Of a stretch of DNA of 64,000 nt, positions 1-14,492 are shown one piece after another. The DNA is from Anaeramoeba ignava BMAN (Eukaryota; Protista; Anaeramoebae): assembly GCA_028826165.1 (NCBI GenBank), contig JAPDFW010000033.1, positions 682,001 through 746,000 on the forward strand. Reading direction: 5' to 3'. A model generated the notes under the pieces. The model worked only from the letters and a program-made list of their open reading frames with translations, was not told the DNA's origin and made no database searches. Each line of letters begins with the position of its first letter. Within the stretch, counting starts at the first letter, position 1. A program made the position numbers and the translations under genes.

Positions 1-1949
1 TTGATTTGTAATTTGTCTTTTTTTCAAATCAAAAATATTTGCATCATTCATTAATAATAATTCTATTAATTTTTCTTTTCTTCGAGAGATTAATATTGAA
101 AGAGCAGTTGCATTATATTTTGTTTTTGAATTTATATCAATTCCATTTTCAATAAGATATTTAATAATTTTAGATGATGGATTTTGATTTTCACAAGCAA
201 TATGTAAAGCGGTTTTATTTTCATTTGTTTTTGAATTAATATCAATTCCATTTTCAATAAGATATTTAATAATTTCAATGGAAATATTTTCATTTTCACA
301 AGCAAAATGTAAAGCAGTTTCATTTTTATATTTTGTTTTTGAATTGATATCAATTCCATTTTCAATTAGATATTTAATAATTTCAAATGAAATATTTGGA
401 TTTCGATTTTTACAAGCAAAATGTAAAGCTGTTTGATTATATTTTGTTTTTGAATTAATATCAATTCCATTTTCAATAAGATATTTAATAATTTCAATCG
501 AAATATTTTGATTTTCACAAGCAAAATGTAAAGCTGGTTTGATTATATTTTGTTTTTGAATTGATATCAATTCCATTTTCAATAAGATATTTAATAATTT
601 CAATTGATGGATTTTTATTTTCACAAGCAAAATGTAAAGCTGTTTGATTATATTTTGTTTTTGAATTGATATCAATTTCATTTTCAATAAGATATTTAAT
701 AATTTTAATTGAGATATTTGGATTCTGGTGTTTAGAAACAAAATGTAAAGCAGTTTCTTTATCTTTTGTTTTTGAATTAATATCAATTCCTTTTTCAATA
801 AGATATTTGATAATTTTAATTGATGGATTTTTATTTTCACAAGAAAAATGTAAGGCATTTTCATTTTGTTTTGTTTTTGAATTTATATCAATTCCTTTTT
901 CAATAAGATATTTAATAATTTTAGATGATGTATTTCTATTTAGACAAGCAATATGTAAAGCTGTTTTATTTTGATTTGTTTTTGAATTAATATCAATTCC
1001 TTTTTCAATAAGATATTTGATAATTTCAATTTTTGGATCCTCATTTTCACAAGCATAATGTAAGGCAGTTTGGTTTCCAGCTTTTGTTTTTGAATTAATA
1101 TCAATTCTTTTTGAAATTAAAAATTTTATAATTTCAATTGATGAATGTACATTTTTACAAGCAATATGTAAAGGAGTTTCATTTTGTGTTGTTTTTATGT
1201 TTATATCAATTTTTTTTGAAATTAACAGTTTGATAATTTCAATGGAAATATTTTTATTTAGACAAGCAATATGTAAAGCTGTTTCATTGTAATAACTTGT
1301 TAAATTAACATCAATTCCTTTTTCAATAAGATATTTAATAATTTCGATTGATGGATTTTCATTTTGGCAAGCATAATGTAAAGCTGTTTGGTTTTGATAA
1401 GTACTTGTGTTTATATCAATTTTTTTGGAAATTAACAGTTTGATAATTTCAAATGAAGCGTTCTTGTTTTTGCAAGCATAATGCAAAGCTGTTTCATTAT
1501 AGTTTGTTTTTGAATTAATATCAATTCCTTTTTTAATAAGATATTTAATAATTTCAAATGATAAACTTGTATTTGTATTTTCACAAGAAATATGTAAAGC
1601 TGTTTCATTTTTCTTTGTTTTGAAGTTGATATTAATTTTTTTGGAAATCAATAATTTGATAATTTGTAATGATGGATTTTCATTTTCACAAGCTAAATGT
1701 AATGCAGTTTTATTTTCGATTTGTTTGAGAATTGATATTAATTCCTTTTTTGATTAATAATTCAATTATTTCTTTTTTTGAATTGTTTATAATTGCAATA
1801 TGTAATGAATTTCTTTTTAAATTATCAGTTAAATTTGGTTTTATTCCTTTTGAAATTAACAAATTAATCATTTCTTTTGAAACTTTGTTTTCAATAGCAA
1901 AATTTAAAATTGGTTTATTTTCTTTTTTTAATTTAATATTTTTATTCAT
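1..1949 (-). CDS. Ankyrin-repeat protein, 3' end runs out of the window, with two apparent frameshifts (~1710 and ~535)
   Basis: ORFs 1710..1949 and 515..1651 and the unannotated frame below 535 are continuous ANK repeats (TALHFAC...IEIIKYLIEKGIDINSKT). The N-terminus (KPILNFAIENKVSKEMI) and the region near base 50 (LLMNDANIFD) match the ankyrin-BTB gene at 43835-48455. Confidence 0.85.
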
Positions 1950-2284
1950 TTATAAATAAAAAAAAAAAAAATGAATTGAAAAATTAAATAAAAAATTGTT
2001 CTTAAATTAAATTGATTTTATTTATTTTTTATTTATTTTTTATTTATTTTTTATTTGATCAAAAAAAATTTTCTTTTTCTTTTTCTTTTTTTTTACAGAT
2101 GGAATTAAAATAAATACAACTCATAAAAACAAATTAAAACAATAAAAAACAAATTAAAACAATAAAAACAAATTTAAAACAAAAAAACACCCAAAAAAAT
2201 AATTTTTTTTTTTAAATAAAAATTTCACTTTTTTATTTTTTTTAGTTTTTATTTCAAATTAACCAAATTTAAAAAAAAAAAAGA

Positions 2285-4185
2285 ATGACAAGTTCAACAG
2301 AATCAATTTCAACGAATTCACAAAATTGGGTGGGAATAGAATTATCAGGAATTGATACTACTGATTTTGAAGAAATTACAAGTGAAAATGCAGATAAATT
2401 TAGGAGAATGGTCGAAAAAGAAGAAAACGAAAATTTAAATTTAAATTTAAATTCAAATCAAAATTTAAATTTAAATGAAAATCAAAATGAAAATCAAAAT
2501 GAAAATCGAAATGAAAATCAAAATGAAAATCGAAATGAAAATCAAAATGAAAATCAAAATGAAAATCGAAATGAAAATGATCTTGATGGTTTTAAAGATA
2601 TTAATTTTGAAGAAGAATACACTGATTTTTATTATTTTAATAAAAAATTTAGTTCAAAAAAAAAATCTCAAAATGGATCACTTTCTCAATCAATTTTCAA
2701 TTTAGCAAATACTATTATTGGTGCAGGCAGTTTGTCTATACCTTTTGCTTTCAAAGCATCAGGAGCAATATTGGGGACTCTTTTACTTGTTTTTAGCGGT
2801 TTACTTGCAGTTTATTCAATGTATTTGCTAGCTCAAATTAGTGAATTTTCTAACGTTTTTGGATATTCTGAACTGGCAAAAAAAGCTTATAAAAAAGTAG
2901 GTTCTAAATTTGTTGTTTTTTGTGTTTTCTTGTTGACTCTTGGCGCTTCTGCTGGCTATTTTTGTTTTATTGGTGATCTCAGTTCTTCTATTATGGGTCA
3001 TTATTTGGATACAAAAAAAACATTCCTTAAAGATCGTAGATTTTTGATACTGGTTGTTGTTGTTTTGGTATGTTTTCCATTGACCTTTTTCGATAATATT
3101 GTTAAGCTCAGTTTGACAAGTTTGATTTCTCTTTTGGCTGTTTTTTATGTTGGCATTCAAACAGTTATTAAATCCAGTATTTATCTCCACAAAAACGGGA
3201 TCAATCATCAAAAAATAGTTTATTTCAACCTAAAATCGGATCTTTTTTTGGCAATTCCCATTTTTTCTATCTCTTTTATTTGCCAAATCAATTTTTTCCC
3301 CATTTTGGATCGTCTGGCAAATCCAACAAAAAAAAGAAAAAGATTTGTAATTTTGGACTCAGTTGGATCAAGTGCTTTCTTTTATTTCTTTATCGGGTTA
3401 TTTGGTTATTTGAATTTTTATGACGAAACTCAAGGCAATGTTCTTTTAAATTATGGGAACGATCCAGCATCTATAATTGGTATTTTAAGAACAAAATTAT
3501 TCAAAAAAAAAAATTTCTTAATTCTAAATTCTTATTCTTATTCTTATTTTTATTTTGATTTTTATTTAAAGCTAAATTTGCAATGTTGATCACAATCATC
3601 TTTTCAACACCAATTATTTTTTTTGCTTGCAAAATATCTTTTTATCAGTTATTTTTTTCAGAACAACATCCAAGAAAATGGAAAAAAATAATTAGTATTT
3701 TAATTCCATTTTTTATAGCACTTTTCATTGGAATATTTGTACCAGACGTTGTTCCAATTTTTGGATTTACAGGAGCTCTTTCTGGGAATATAATTGTATA
3801 TTTACTTCCCGCTTTATTCTTTTTAAAATTGCGACACGATATCATTTACAAACATGTTCCAATTGGGGACGATTCAAATGAAATTGAGGAAAATAACGGA
3901 AAAAATGCAATGAAAGATGAAGGATTTGATGATCAAAATCACGAGAGAAAAAAATCATCAAGTTCCATTTCTACTTTTAATGAAACCACAAATTCAAATG
4001 AAAATTTAGTTTTAAATCAAAAAACGAAAGAAGATGAAATTGTTCCTACTTTTATGGAAACTTTATTTTTGAGTAGAAATAATTTTATAATAAGTATTGG
4101 TCCAATATTATTAATTCTTTATTCAGTAGTTTCAACAGTATTTTGTGTGCGGCAGTCTTTGATTGAATTAAAGAAATCTTTTTAA
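2285..4185 (+). CDS. Amino acid transporter, AAAP/SLC38 (Aa_trans) family, 2 exons (intron 3480-3571)
   Basis: SIFNLANTIIGAGSLSIPFAF motif, multiple TM segments, FGYLNF. The GT..AG intron joins ORFs 2285 and 3583 in frame. Confidence 0.9.
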
Positions 4186-4291
4186 TTTCAAGATTTGATA
4201 AATTAGATATTTTTTTTTTTCAAATAAATTCTCATTTCCAAAAAAAAAAGTTTTTGTTTTTGTTTTTGTTTTTTCAAAATGATTTGAAAAT

Positions 4292-6546
4292 TTATTGGTT
4301 ATCGTTTGTTTTTTTCTTTTTTCCTTTTTCTTTTGGAATTTTTGTAATTTCAATAGCTAAATATTGTTTATCTTTCAACATTAAAATATCATCATCATCA
4401 ATAATAAAAATATGAGGTTCTGCTTCAGTTACAACTCTTCCAATTTGAGAAGGTAAAATTTCAAGTTTTTTTGATAATTTAGTTTTAAATAAGGAAATGG
4501 AAGCAGAATCGAGATGAATTTGAATAAAAATTTTTTGAACGGAAGAATTGGGTTGATTTTGTTGGAAATATTTATTTGGAATTTCAGATTTTTGAACATA
4601 ACAAAATAAATTAATTGATTTAGTGTTTTCTAATTGATTTCCAAATTGATTTCCAAATTGATTTTCTAATTGATTTCCAATTAAATTTTCTAATTGATTT
4701 TCAATTAAATTTTCTGGTTCAATTATTTGTGGTTCAGGATGTGGTATATGTGTATTCATTATATCCAAACGAATATTATTTGCATGAAGAAGCGCAGTTC
4801 TTTCTGCAAGTCTTCTTCTTGCTCCATATGACTCTATTTTCAATCTCTTCTCCAAAATTTCTTCGGTTAAAAATGGTAATTCTGATCCAGTTATGTGATT
4901 TCTAACAAAATTTTCAACACATTCTTCTAATCCTAATGAATAAACCCAATCAGCAACATCCTTTAAATCCCATTTAAACAAGGGTTTTTTATTTAGTCTG
5001 GATATTTTCCCTGGTTTGTATCGAAGTGGTTTTTGTTTTGGAACTTCAAGAAATTGTGATTGAACATTTTGTGGATAAATTATTTGTTGAAAAGGTGAAT
5101 TTTGCATTGGAAAACCTTGATTTTGCATTTGGTTTTGCATTTGGTTTTGCATTTGATTTTGATTTTTTTGCACATTTTGGTTTTTTTGTACATTTTGGTT
5201 TTTTTGTGCATTTTCATTTTTTGCCGGATTCTCAATTTTTCCCGAATTCTCATTTCCGGCATTTTCATTTTTTTCTTCATTTTCGTTACTTTTTGTTTCT
5301 TCTTCTTTTGTTTCTGTTTGTGGAGGTTCTGGTTTTCTTTCGCTTTGAATTGTTCCTGGTTTTGTTAATGCATCTAAACATTTTTCATGTCTAAATCTTG
5401 ATGCTAAATCTTCTGGTTTTCGATTTAATCGATTTGGCGATTGTTTTGCTCCATATTTTTGTAATGATAAAATTGCTTCTAAGTTTCCTCTAAATGCTGC
5501 TTTATGAAGTGGTGTATTTTCATCTTCATCCATTAAATTTGGATCTGCATTCTTTTCCAAAAGCTTTTTAAATTTTAATTTTGAATTTAATTTTGATTTT
5601 AATTTTAATTTTAATTTTGAATTTAATTTTTAATTTAATTTTGATTTTAATTTTAATTTTAATTTTAATTTTGAATTTTTAATTTTTAATTTGAATTTAA
5701 TTTTGATTTAATTTTTAATTTTAATTTTGATTTTAATTTTGATTTTAATTTTAATTTTGAATTTAATTTTAATTTTGATTTTAATTTTAATTTTGAATTT
5801 AATTTTTAATTTAATTTTAATTTTGAATTTAATTTTGAATTTTGAATTTTAATTTTAATTTTGATTTTGATTTTGAATTTAATTTTAATTTTAATTTTAA
5901 TTTTAATTTTAATTTTAAATTTTAATTTTAATTTTAAGTTTAATTTTAATTTTAATTTTGAGATTTAATTTTGAATTTAATTTTGAATTTTAATTTTAAA
6001 TTTTAATTTTAATTTTAATTTTGATTTTAATTTTAATTTTGATTTTAATTTTAATTTTAATTTTAATTTTAATTTTAATTTTTAATTTTAATTTTAATTT
6101 TAATTTTAATTTGAATTTTGATTTTAATTTTAATTTTGATTTTAATTTTTAATTTTGATTTTAATTTTAATTTTTGAATTTAATTTTTTTAATTTTTAAT
6201 TTTGATTTTAATTTTAATTTTGATTTTGAATTTAATTTTGAATTTAATTTTGAATTTAATTTTAATTTTAATTTTGATTTTAATTTTGATTTTAATTTTG
6301 ATTTAATTTTAATTTTGAATTAAATTTTAATTTTAATTTAATTTTGAATTTAATTTTGAATTTTAATTATAATTTGAAAAAAAGAAAACAAACTAAATCT
6401 AAAATATCAATTAAATCATCATTTCCAGCAGCGTGATGAAGTGGAGTCATTTGTTTATCATCTCTTTCATTAACATCAGCTCCTCCATTAATCAATTTTT
6501 TAACAGATTCAATATTTCCATCTTTAACGGCTTCACAAAGAGACAT
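4292..6546 (-). CDS. Ankyrin-repeat + SAM-domain protein, 2 exons (intron 5564-6393)
   Basis: MSLCEAVKDG...TPLHHAAG spliced to LLEKNADPN...TPLHKAAFRG. SAM motif WDLKDVADWVYSLGL...F..NHITGSEL..LT. Confidence 0.85.
5566..6366. repeat. Intronic (TTTTAA/TTTTGA)n microsatellite
   Basis: Directly visible inside intron 5564-6393. Confidence 0.95.
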
Positions 6547-6664
6547 TTTAATTAAAAAAAAAAGCAAAAAAAAAAATGAAAAAAAATTTTTTGAAATTAA
6601 TTTTTTTTTTCATTTTTTTTCTTTCATTTCTTTTTAAATTATAAATAAATATTTAAATATTTAA

Positions 6665-9358
6665 ATGCAAGATTCTTTTTTTCAAAAATTTTCTAATATA
6701 CAACTTACAGAAATTGAAAATAAAGGAAAAGGAATAATAGCAACAAAACAAATTGAAGCTGGTTAATATTTAATTTAATTTAATATTTAATTCAATTTAA
6801 TATTCAATTCAATTCAATTCAATTCAATTTAATTCAATTCAATATTTAATTCAATTCAATATTTAATTCAATTCAATATTTAATTCAATTCAATTCAATA
6901 TTTAATTCAATTCAATTCAATATTTAATTCAATTCAATTCAATATTAAATTCAATTCAATTCAATTTAATATTCAATTCAATTAATTCAAATTCAATATT
7001 TAATTCCAATTTTTCAATATTTAATTAATATTTAATATAATTCAATATTTAATATTCAATTCAATATTTAATTCAATTCAATTCAATTCAATTCAATTCA
7101 ATTCAATTCAATTCCAATTCAATTCAATATTTAATTTAATTCAATTCAATATTTAATTCAATTCAATATTTTTCAATTCAATTTAAAATTTAATTTAATA
7201 TTTAATTTAATTCAATATTTAATTCAATTCAATTTAATTCAATATTTAATTTAATATTTAATTTAATTCAATATTTAATTCAATATTTAATTCAATTTAA
7301 AACAATTCAATTCAATATTTAATTCAATTCAAATTTATTCAATTCAATATTTAATTCAATTCAATCAATTCAATTCAATTTAATTTAATTCAATTCAATT
7401 TCAATTCCATTCAATATTCAATTTAATTCAATATTTAATTCAATTCAATTAATATTTAATTTAATTCAATTCAATATTTAATTTAATTCAATATTTAATA
7501 TTTAATTTAATTCAATTCAATTTAATATTTAATTCAATTCAATATTCAATTCAATATTAAATTCAATTCAATTCAATTCAATTCAATTCAATTCAATTCA
7601 ATTTAATTCAATTTAATTTAATTTAATTCAATTCTTAATTTAATTCAATTCAATTCAATTTAATTCAATTTAATTCAATTCAATTTAATTCAATTCAATT
7701 CAATATTTAATTTAATTGGAAATGAAATGGAAATTAGGAAGGGAATTATTTAGTCAAAAACCATATGCATCAGTTTTATATCATCATTCTAAAACAAAAT
7801 ATTGTTCATATTGTTACAAAAGAGAAACAAAAGAAAAATTACTTCGGTGTTCTAGATGCAAACACACACATTATTGTGATGAAAATTGTCAAAAAAAAGA
7901 TTGGAGTTTTACATAAATTTGAATGTAATCTTCTTGTTGAATCAAAACAAGAAATCAATAAGTTCTCAGAAACAGTTCTTCTTGTAACTCGAATAATGGC
8001 AAGAAGGTATCTTGAGTCACATAATATTATCTCCCAACAAGAGTCTACATTCAATGACTTGCTTCTTACTTGTTCAAACCGTGATTTGTTTTCGAAAGAA
8101 CGTCTTGAAAATTTTGGTTATATGGCAATGTTACTTTTTCGTTTTCTTCCAAAAGAAATCAAAATGGAACACACTGATATTATAGATATGTATGGATGAT
8201 ATTTTTTATTATTTATGATCTCTTTGGTTCAAATTGATTGTCTTATATTTTTCCTTTCTTGATTTTTTTATATTTTTGATCTGGAAAAATTTCCTATTTT
8301 TTTATTTAATGTTTTATTTAATTATTTATAGATTTTGTAGACTTTCTGTTAATGGTTTTACAATTGTAAATATTGATCTTCAACCGATTGGTTTTGGTTT
8401 TTATCCAAAAGCTTCTTTTATGAATCATAGTTGTAATCCAAATTGTGTTGCTGTTTTTTCTTCAAATGAAATTCATATTCGAACTATTAGTAATATAGAA
8501 ACAGAAGAAGAAGTAATTAAATTAAATTAAATTAAATTAAATTAAATTTTATTTTATTTGCTTTTTTTTATTAATTTTATTTGCTTTTTTTTTATTAATT
8601 TTATTTTATTTTATTTGCTTTTTTTTATTAATTTTATTTGCTTTTTTTTTATTAATTTTATTTGCTTTTTTTTATTTAAATTTATTAATTTTATTTGCTT
8701 TTTTTTAATTAATTTTATTTAGTGTTCAATTTCTTATATAGAATTAATGAATTCAACTCAAATGAGAAAAAAACAACTTTTAAATGATTACTTATTCGAT
8801 TGTAAATGTAAAAAATGTCAAGATCCTCAACAAAAAATAATTGATTCATTACTTGAAAATGATATTTTAAATCCAGATCAAAAACTACAATCAGAACAAC
8901 TATTTTTAAAACATAAAAATAAAATAAATCAAACTGAAAATGAAAAAGAATTAGAAAAAATGTTCGAAGATTTAGAAAAGGCATTAGCAATATTTAACAA
9001 TAATGAAAACGCGATCCGTTGCAAGCATTCAATCAAGAAGATTGCGTTGATAAATTCTCTAATTGATATCTCAGTTGATCTCAAAAAGTGGACGCGAGCA
9101 AAAGAACTTTGTAGTTCATCAATAGAGACTTTTGAACTTGTTTATCCTGAATACTTTCCAACATTGGGTTATCGGTATTCAATGCTTGGCAAATTGTCTT
9201 GGTATCTTTTTGATGACTACTTTGCTGTTCAAACCCTTCGTAAATCTTTAAAAATTGTTGCAGTTTCTCATGGAATTGATCATCCTTTATATAAAAAAAT
9301 TAACGATTTGGTCATACAAACTGAGACTTTTAATCTTCGAAATCTATCTATTAAATAA
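6665..9358 (+). CDS. SMYD-family SET/MYND lysine methyltransferase, ~4 exons, frameshift near 7910
   Basis: Split SET start (KGKGIIATKQIEAG), MYND finger (CSYC...CSRC...YC...CQKKDW..HK.EC), NHSCNPN, post-SET YLFDCKCKKC, TPR-like C-terminus. Confidence 0.9.
6765..7716. repeat. Intronic (ATTCA)n-type microsatellite
   Basis: Directly visible in SMYD intron 1. Confidence 0.95.
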
Positions 9359-9736
9359 TTCTCTATTTGGTTTATTGAGTCAAATTTGGTTTTATAGTTT
9401 TATATTTTTTTTTTTTTGAAATTAATAAAAAAAATTTTTTTTAATTTTAATTTTAATTTATGATCAAAATTTTAATTTAATTTTTATTCGATTTTATTCT
9501 TATTCTTTATTGGATTTTGTTTTTAATTTTAAATTTAAAAAAAATTTTTTTTTTGATCTTTTTCTTTTAATTTTTTTATTTTTTAAAATAAATAAACAAA
9601 AGGGGTTTCTTTTGATAATTAATCTTCATTTGTTTTTTGAAATTAATTCTTTATTTATTCTTTATTTAAACTTGATTTATTTTTTTTCATTTTTTTCCTT
9701 TTCATTTTTTTCATTTTTTTTTTCCAAATTTTTTTT

Positions 9737-12700
9737 ATGCAAGCTTTTTCTCATCCATTAAATGGGAGATGGTTATTTACACAAAAAATAGGGCAAGGAT
9801 CATTTGGTAATAAACATTTCAAATACAAATTTTAATTTTAATTTTATAATTTTACTTTTAATTTTAATTTTAATTTTAATTTAATTTTAATTTTAATTTT
9901 AATTTTAATTTTAATTTTAATTTTAATTATAATTTTAATTTTAATTTTAATTTTATAAATAATTTTAATTTTAATTTTAATTTTAATTTTAATTATAATT
10001 TTAATTTTAATTTAATTTTAATTTTAATTTTAATTTAATTTTTAATTTTAATTTTAATTTTAATTTTTTAATTTTTAATTTTATAAATGAATTTTAATTT
10101 TAATTTTAATTCGTTTAATTTTAATTATAATTATAATTATAATTTTAATTTAATTTTAATTAATTTTTTAATTTTAATTTTAATTTTAATTTTAATTTTA
10201 ATTTTAATTTTAATTTTAATTTTAATTTTAATTTTAATTTTAATTTTAATTTTAATTTTAATTTTAATTTTAATTTTAATTTTAATTTTAATTTTAATTT
10301 TAATTTTAATTTTAATTATAATTTTAATTTTAATTTTAATTTTAATTTTAATTTTGATTTTAATTTTGATTTTGATTTTAATTTTAATTTTAATTTTGAT
10401 TTTAATTTTGATTTTAATATTAAAAGGTCAAATTTTTATGGCTTATGATAATGTTTTAAATCAAAATGTTGCTATTAAACTTGAAAAAAGAGACCAAAAA
10501 AGACCATCTTTAAAATTAGAAGTTTCTATATTAAAAAGATTACAAGGTTTATAAAACAAATTTGAATTAAAAATTTGAATTAAAATTTGAATTAAAAATT
10601 TGAATTAAAATTTGAATTAAAATTTTCAATTATTTGTTATTTTTATTTTTGGTTTTGTTTTAGGAACTCCTTATGCTGTTGAATTAATTTCAAGTGGAAA
10701 AAACTCTCATTATAATTTTCTAATTATGGAATTATTAGGAAAAAGTTTGGATCATTTAGTAAAAAACCAAGAAAATCATACATTTTCACTTTCAACTACA
10801 ATAAGACTTGGAATTCAAGTAATTTTTCTTATTAATTATTTTGTTTTTCTGATTTAATTTCTCATTTAATTTTTTTGCTTACTCATCCTTTTTATTTTCT
10901 TTTTATAGATGATTTCCTCAATAGAATCTATACATAAAATTGGGTTTATTCATCGAGATATAAAACCTGTAAATTTTTAATTATTCATCAAATTATTCAT
11001 CAAATTATTTACAAAATTAAATGAATTTATTTAACAAATTATTCATCAATTTATTCAACAAAATTATTCAACAAATTATTTACAAAATTATTCATCAAAT
11101 TATCAACAAAATTAAATGAATTTATTTAACAAATTATTCATCAATTTATTCAACAAAATTATTCAACAAATTATTTACAAAATTATTTATAAAATTATCA
11201 ACAAAATTATTTATAAAATTATTTACAAAATTATCAACAAAATTATTTATAAAATTACCAACAATTTATTCAATGAAATTATTTATCAATCTATTCATCA
11301 ATTTATTCATCAATTTATTCAACAAAATTATTTACAAAATTATTTACAAAATTATTTACAAATTTATTTAACAAATTATCAACAATTTATTCAATAAAAT
11401 TATCAACAATTTATTCAACAAAATTATTTATAAAATTTATTCAACAAAATTAAAAAAATTTATTCAACAAAATTATTTATAAAATTATCAACAATTTATT
11501 CAACAATTTATTTACAAAATTATCAATAAAATTATTCATCAATTTATTCAACAAAATTAATTATAAAATTATCAACAATTTATTCAATGAAATTATTCAA
11601 CAAAATTATTTACAAAATTATCATCAATTTATTCAACAAAATTATTTACAAAATTATTTATAAAATTATTTACAAAATTATTCAACAAAATTAAATGAAT
11701 TTATTTACAAAATTATCAACAATTTATTCAACAAAATTATTTACAAAATTTATTCAACAAAATTTATCAAAAATATATCACTTTTGTGTTTTGTTTGTTT
11801 TTAGTCTAATTTTGCTTTAAGAAGAAAAGAAAATATAACTGGAAATAAGGAAATGTGTTGTATTATTGATTTTGGTTTATCAAGAAAATATATAAAAGAA
11901 AATGGTGAATTAAGAGCAGTAAATAATTTTATTTAAATAAATACTTCATTTAAAATAAAAATAACAATAATAATTTTATTTCAATTTATTTTAAAAGCCA
12001 CGTCTTTATGCAGGATTTCGAGGAACAGCTCGTTATGCTTCTATTAATGCACATCAAAGAGAGGTTTATTTCAATTTAATATTTAAAATTATAATTAAAA
12101 TTATAATTATAATTAAAAAATTAAATCAAAAATTAAAATTAAAATTAAATCAAAAATTAAAATTAAAGGAACTTTCAAGAAGAGATGATTTAATTTCACT
12201 TTATTATGTTTTAATTGAATTTTTAACTGGAAAACTTCCATGGTCTGGTTTAAAAGATAAAGATGAAATTACAAAATTAAAAATTAAATATAATACACCA
12301 GATTTATGTCAAAATCTTCCAGAAGAATTCAGTTATTTTTTTGTTCATTTACAAAGTGAATATTTAAAATTAAATTTAAATGAATTTAAATTGAAAAATT
12401 TAAATTTAAATGAATTAAATTGAAATGATTTAAATTTAAATGAATTAAATTGAAATGAATTAAATTGAAATAAATTAAATTGAAATAAATTAAATTTAAA
12501 TGAATTAAATTGAAATGAATTAAATTGAAATGAATTAAATTGAAATGAATTAAATTGAAATGAATTAAATTGAAAAAAATTTAGGTTTAAAATTTCATGA
12601 TAAACCAAATTATAAATATTTAAGAAAACTTCTTACAGATTTAGCAATTAAATTACAATATCAAGAAACAATGAGTTTTGATTGGGAACTTAAAGTTTAT

Positions 12701-14279
12701 GATCCAAATATGTAAAAAAATTATTTATAAAATTAAATATAAAATTATTTATTAAATTATTTATTAAAATTTTGAAATTATTTATAAAATTATTTATGAA
12801 TTAAATTTAAAATAAAATTATTTATAAAATTATTTATTAAATGAATTAAATTAAATGAATTAAAATTTATAAAATTATTTATAAAATTATTTATAAAATT
12901 AATTATAAAATTATTTATAAAATTATTTATAAAATTATTTATAAAATTATTTATAAAATTATTTATAAAATTATTTATAAAATTAATTATAAAATTATTT
13001 ATAAAATTAAATATAAAATTAAATATAAAATTAAATATAAAATTATTTATAAAATTAAATATTAAATTAAATATTAAATTATTTATAAAATTATTTATAA
13101 AATTATATATAAAATTAAATATAAAATTAAATATAAAATTATTTATAAAATTATTTATAAAATTAAATATAAAATTATTTATAAAATTATTTATTAAAAT
13201 TATTTATAAAATTATTAAATTATTTATAAAATTATTTATAAAATTATTTATAAAATTATTTATAAAATTATTTATAAAATTATTAATAAAATTATTTATA
13301 AAATTATTTATAAAATTATTTATAAAATTATTTATAAAATTAAATATAAAATCAAACATAAAATTATTTATAAAATTATTTATAAAATTATTTATAAAAT
13401 TAATTATAAAATTATTTATAAAATTATTTATAAAATTATTTATAAAATTAATTATAAAATTATTTATAAAATTATTTATAAAATTATTTATAAAATTAAA
13501 TATAAAATTAAATATAAAATTATTTATAAAATTATTTATAAAATTAAATATAAAATTATTTATTAAATTATTTATAAAATTAATTTATAAAATTATTAAT
13601 AAAATTATTTATTAAATTATTTATAAAATTATTTATAAAATTATTTATTAAAATTAATTATAAAATTAATTATAAAATTATTTATAAAATTATTTATAAA
13701 ATTATTTATAAAATTATTTATAAAATTATTTATAAAATTATTTATAAAATTATTTATAAAATTAAATATAAAATTATATATAAAATTATTTATAAAATTA
13801 TTTATAAAATTATTTATAAAATTATTTATAAAATTATTTATAAAATTATTTATAAAATTATTTATAAAATTATTTATAAATATAAAATTAAATATAAAAT
13901 TATTTATTAAATTATTTATAAAATTATTTATTAAAATTATTTATAAAATTATTTATAAAATTATTTATAAAATTATTTATTAAATTATTTATAAAATTAT
14001 TTATAAAATTAAAGATCTGATAGAGAAAATAAGAAATCAAATAATACAAAAGAAAAAGGAACAGCAGAAATTGATGCAGATTTAAGAATTAATATTGAAA
14101 GTGAATCAGAAGATGGAAGTCAAGAAATAAGTAAATCAAAAAGAACTAAATCAAATATAAATGGTAACTCAATTGTTCACCAAAATCATTCAATTCCAGA
14201 TTTACAAGTTGAACCAAAATCTTCATCAAGTTCATCTTCAAAAAAAAAATGTTTTTTTTGTTGTTGTGGCAAAAATTGA
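9737..14279 (+). CDS. Casein kinase 1 superfamily, tau-tubulin-kinase-like, ~9 exons
   Basis: Spliced motifs IGQGSFG, VAIKLE, LKLEVSILKRLQG, FIHRDIKP^SNF, IIDFGLSR, GFRGTARYASINAH, ELSRRDDL, GKLPW. Ends KKKCFFCCCGKN. Confidence 0.9.
12718..14010. repeat. Intronic (AAAATTATTTAT)n 12-mer minisatellite
   Basis: Fills the last intron of the TTBK-like kinase. Confidence 0.95.
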
Positions 14280-14492
14280 TTATTAATTATGATTATTTTT
14301 TGAAAATCCAAAAACTTATAATTTAAAAAAAAACAAAAACATTTTCTTCTTTAATAATTTTTTTTTTAATCTTTTTTGTATCTTAATTAATGAAATAGAA
14401 CAATTAATTAATTAATTTTATTTTTTTTTAAATAATTCTTTTAAAAAATAAAATGGACTGAAAAGTAAAAAAAAATTTTTTTCTTCCTTTTT

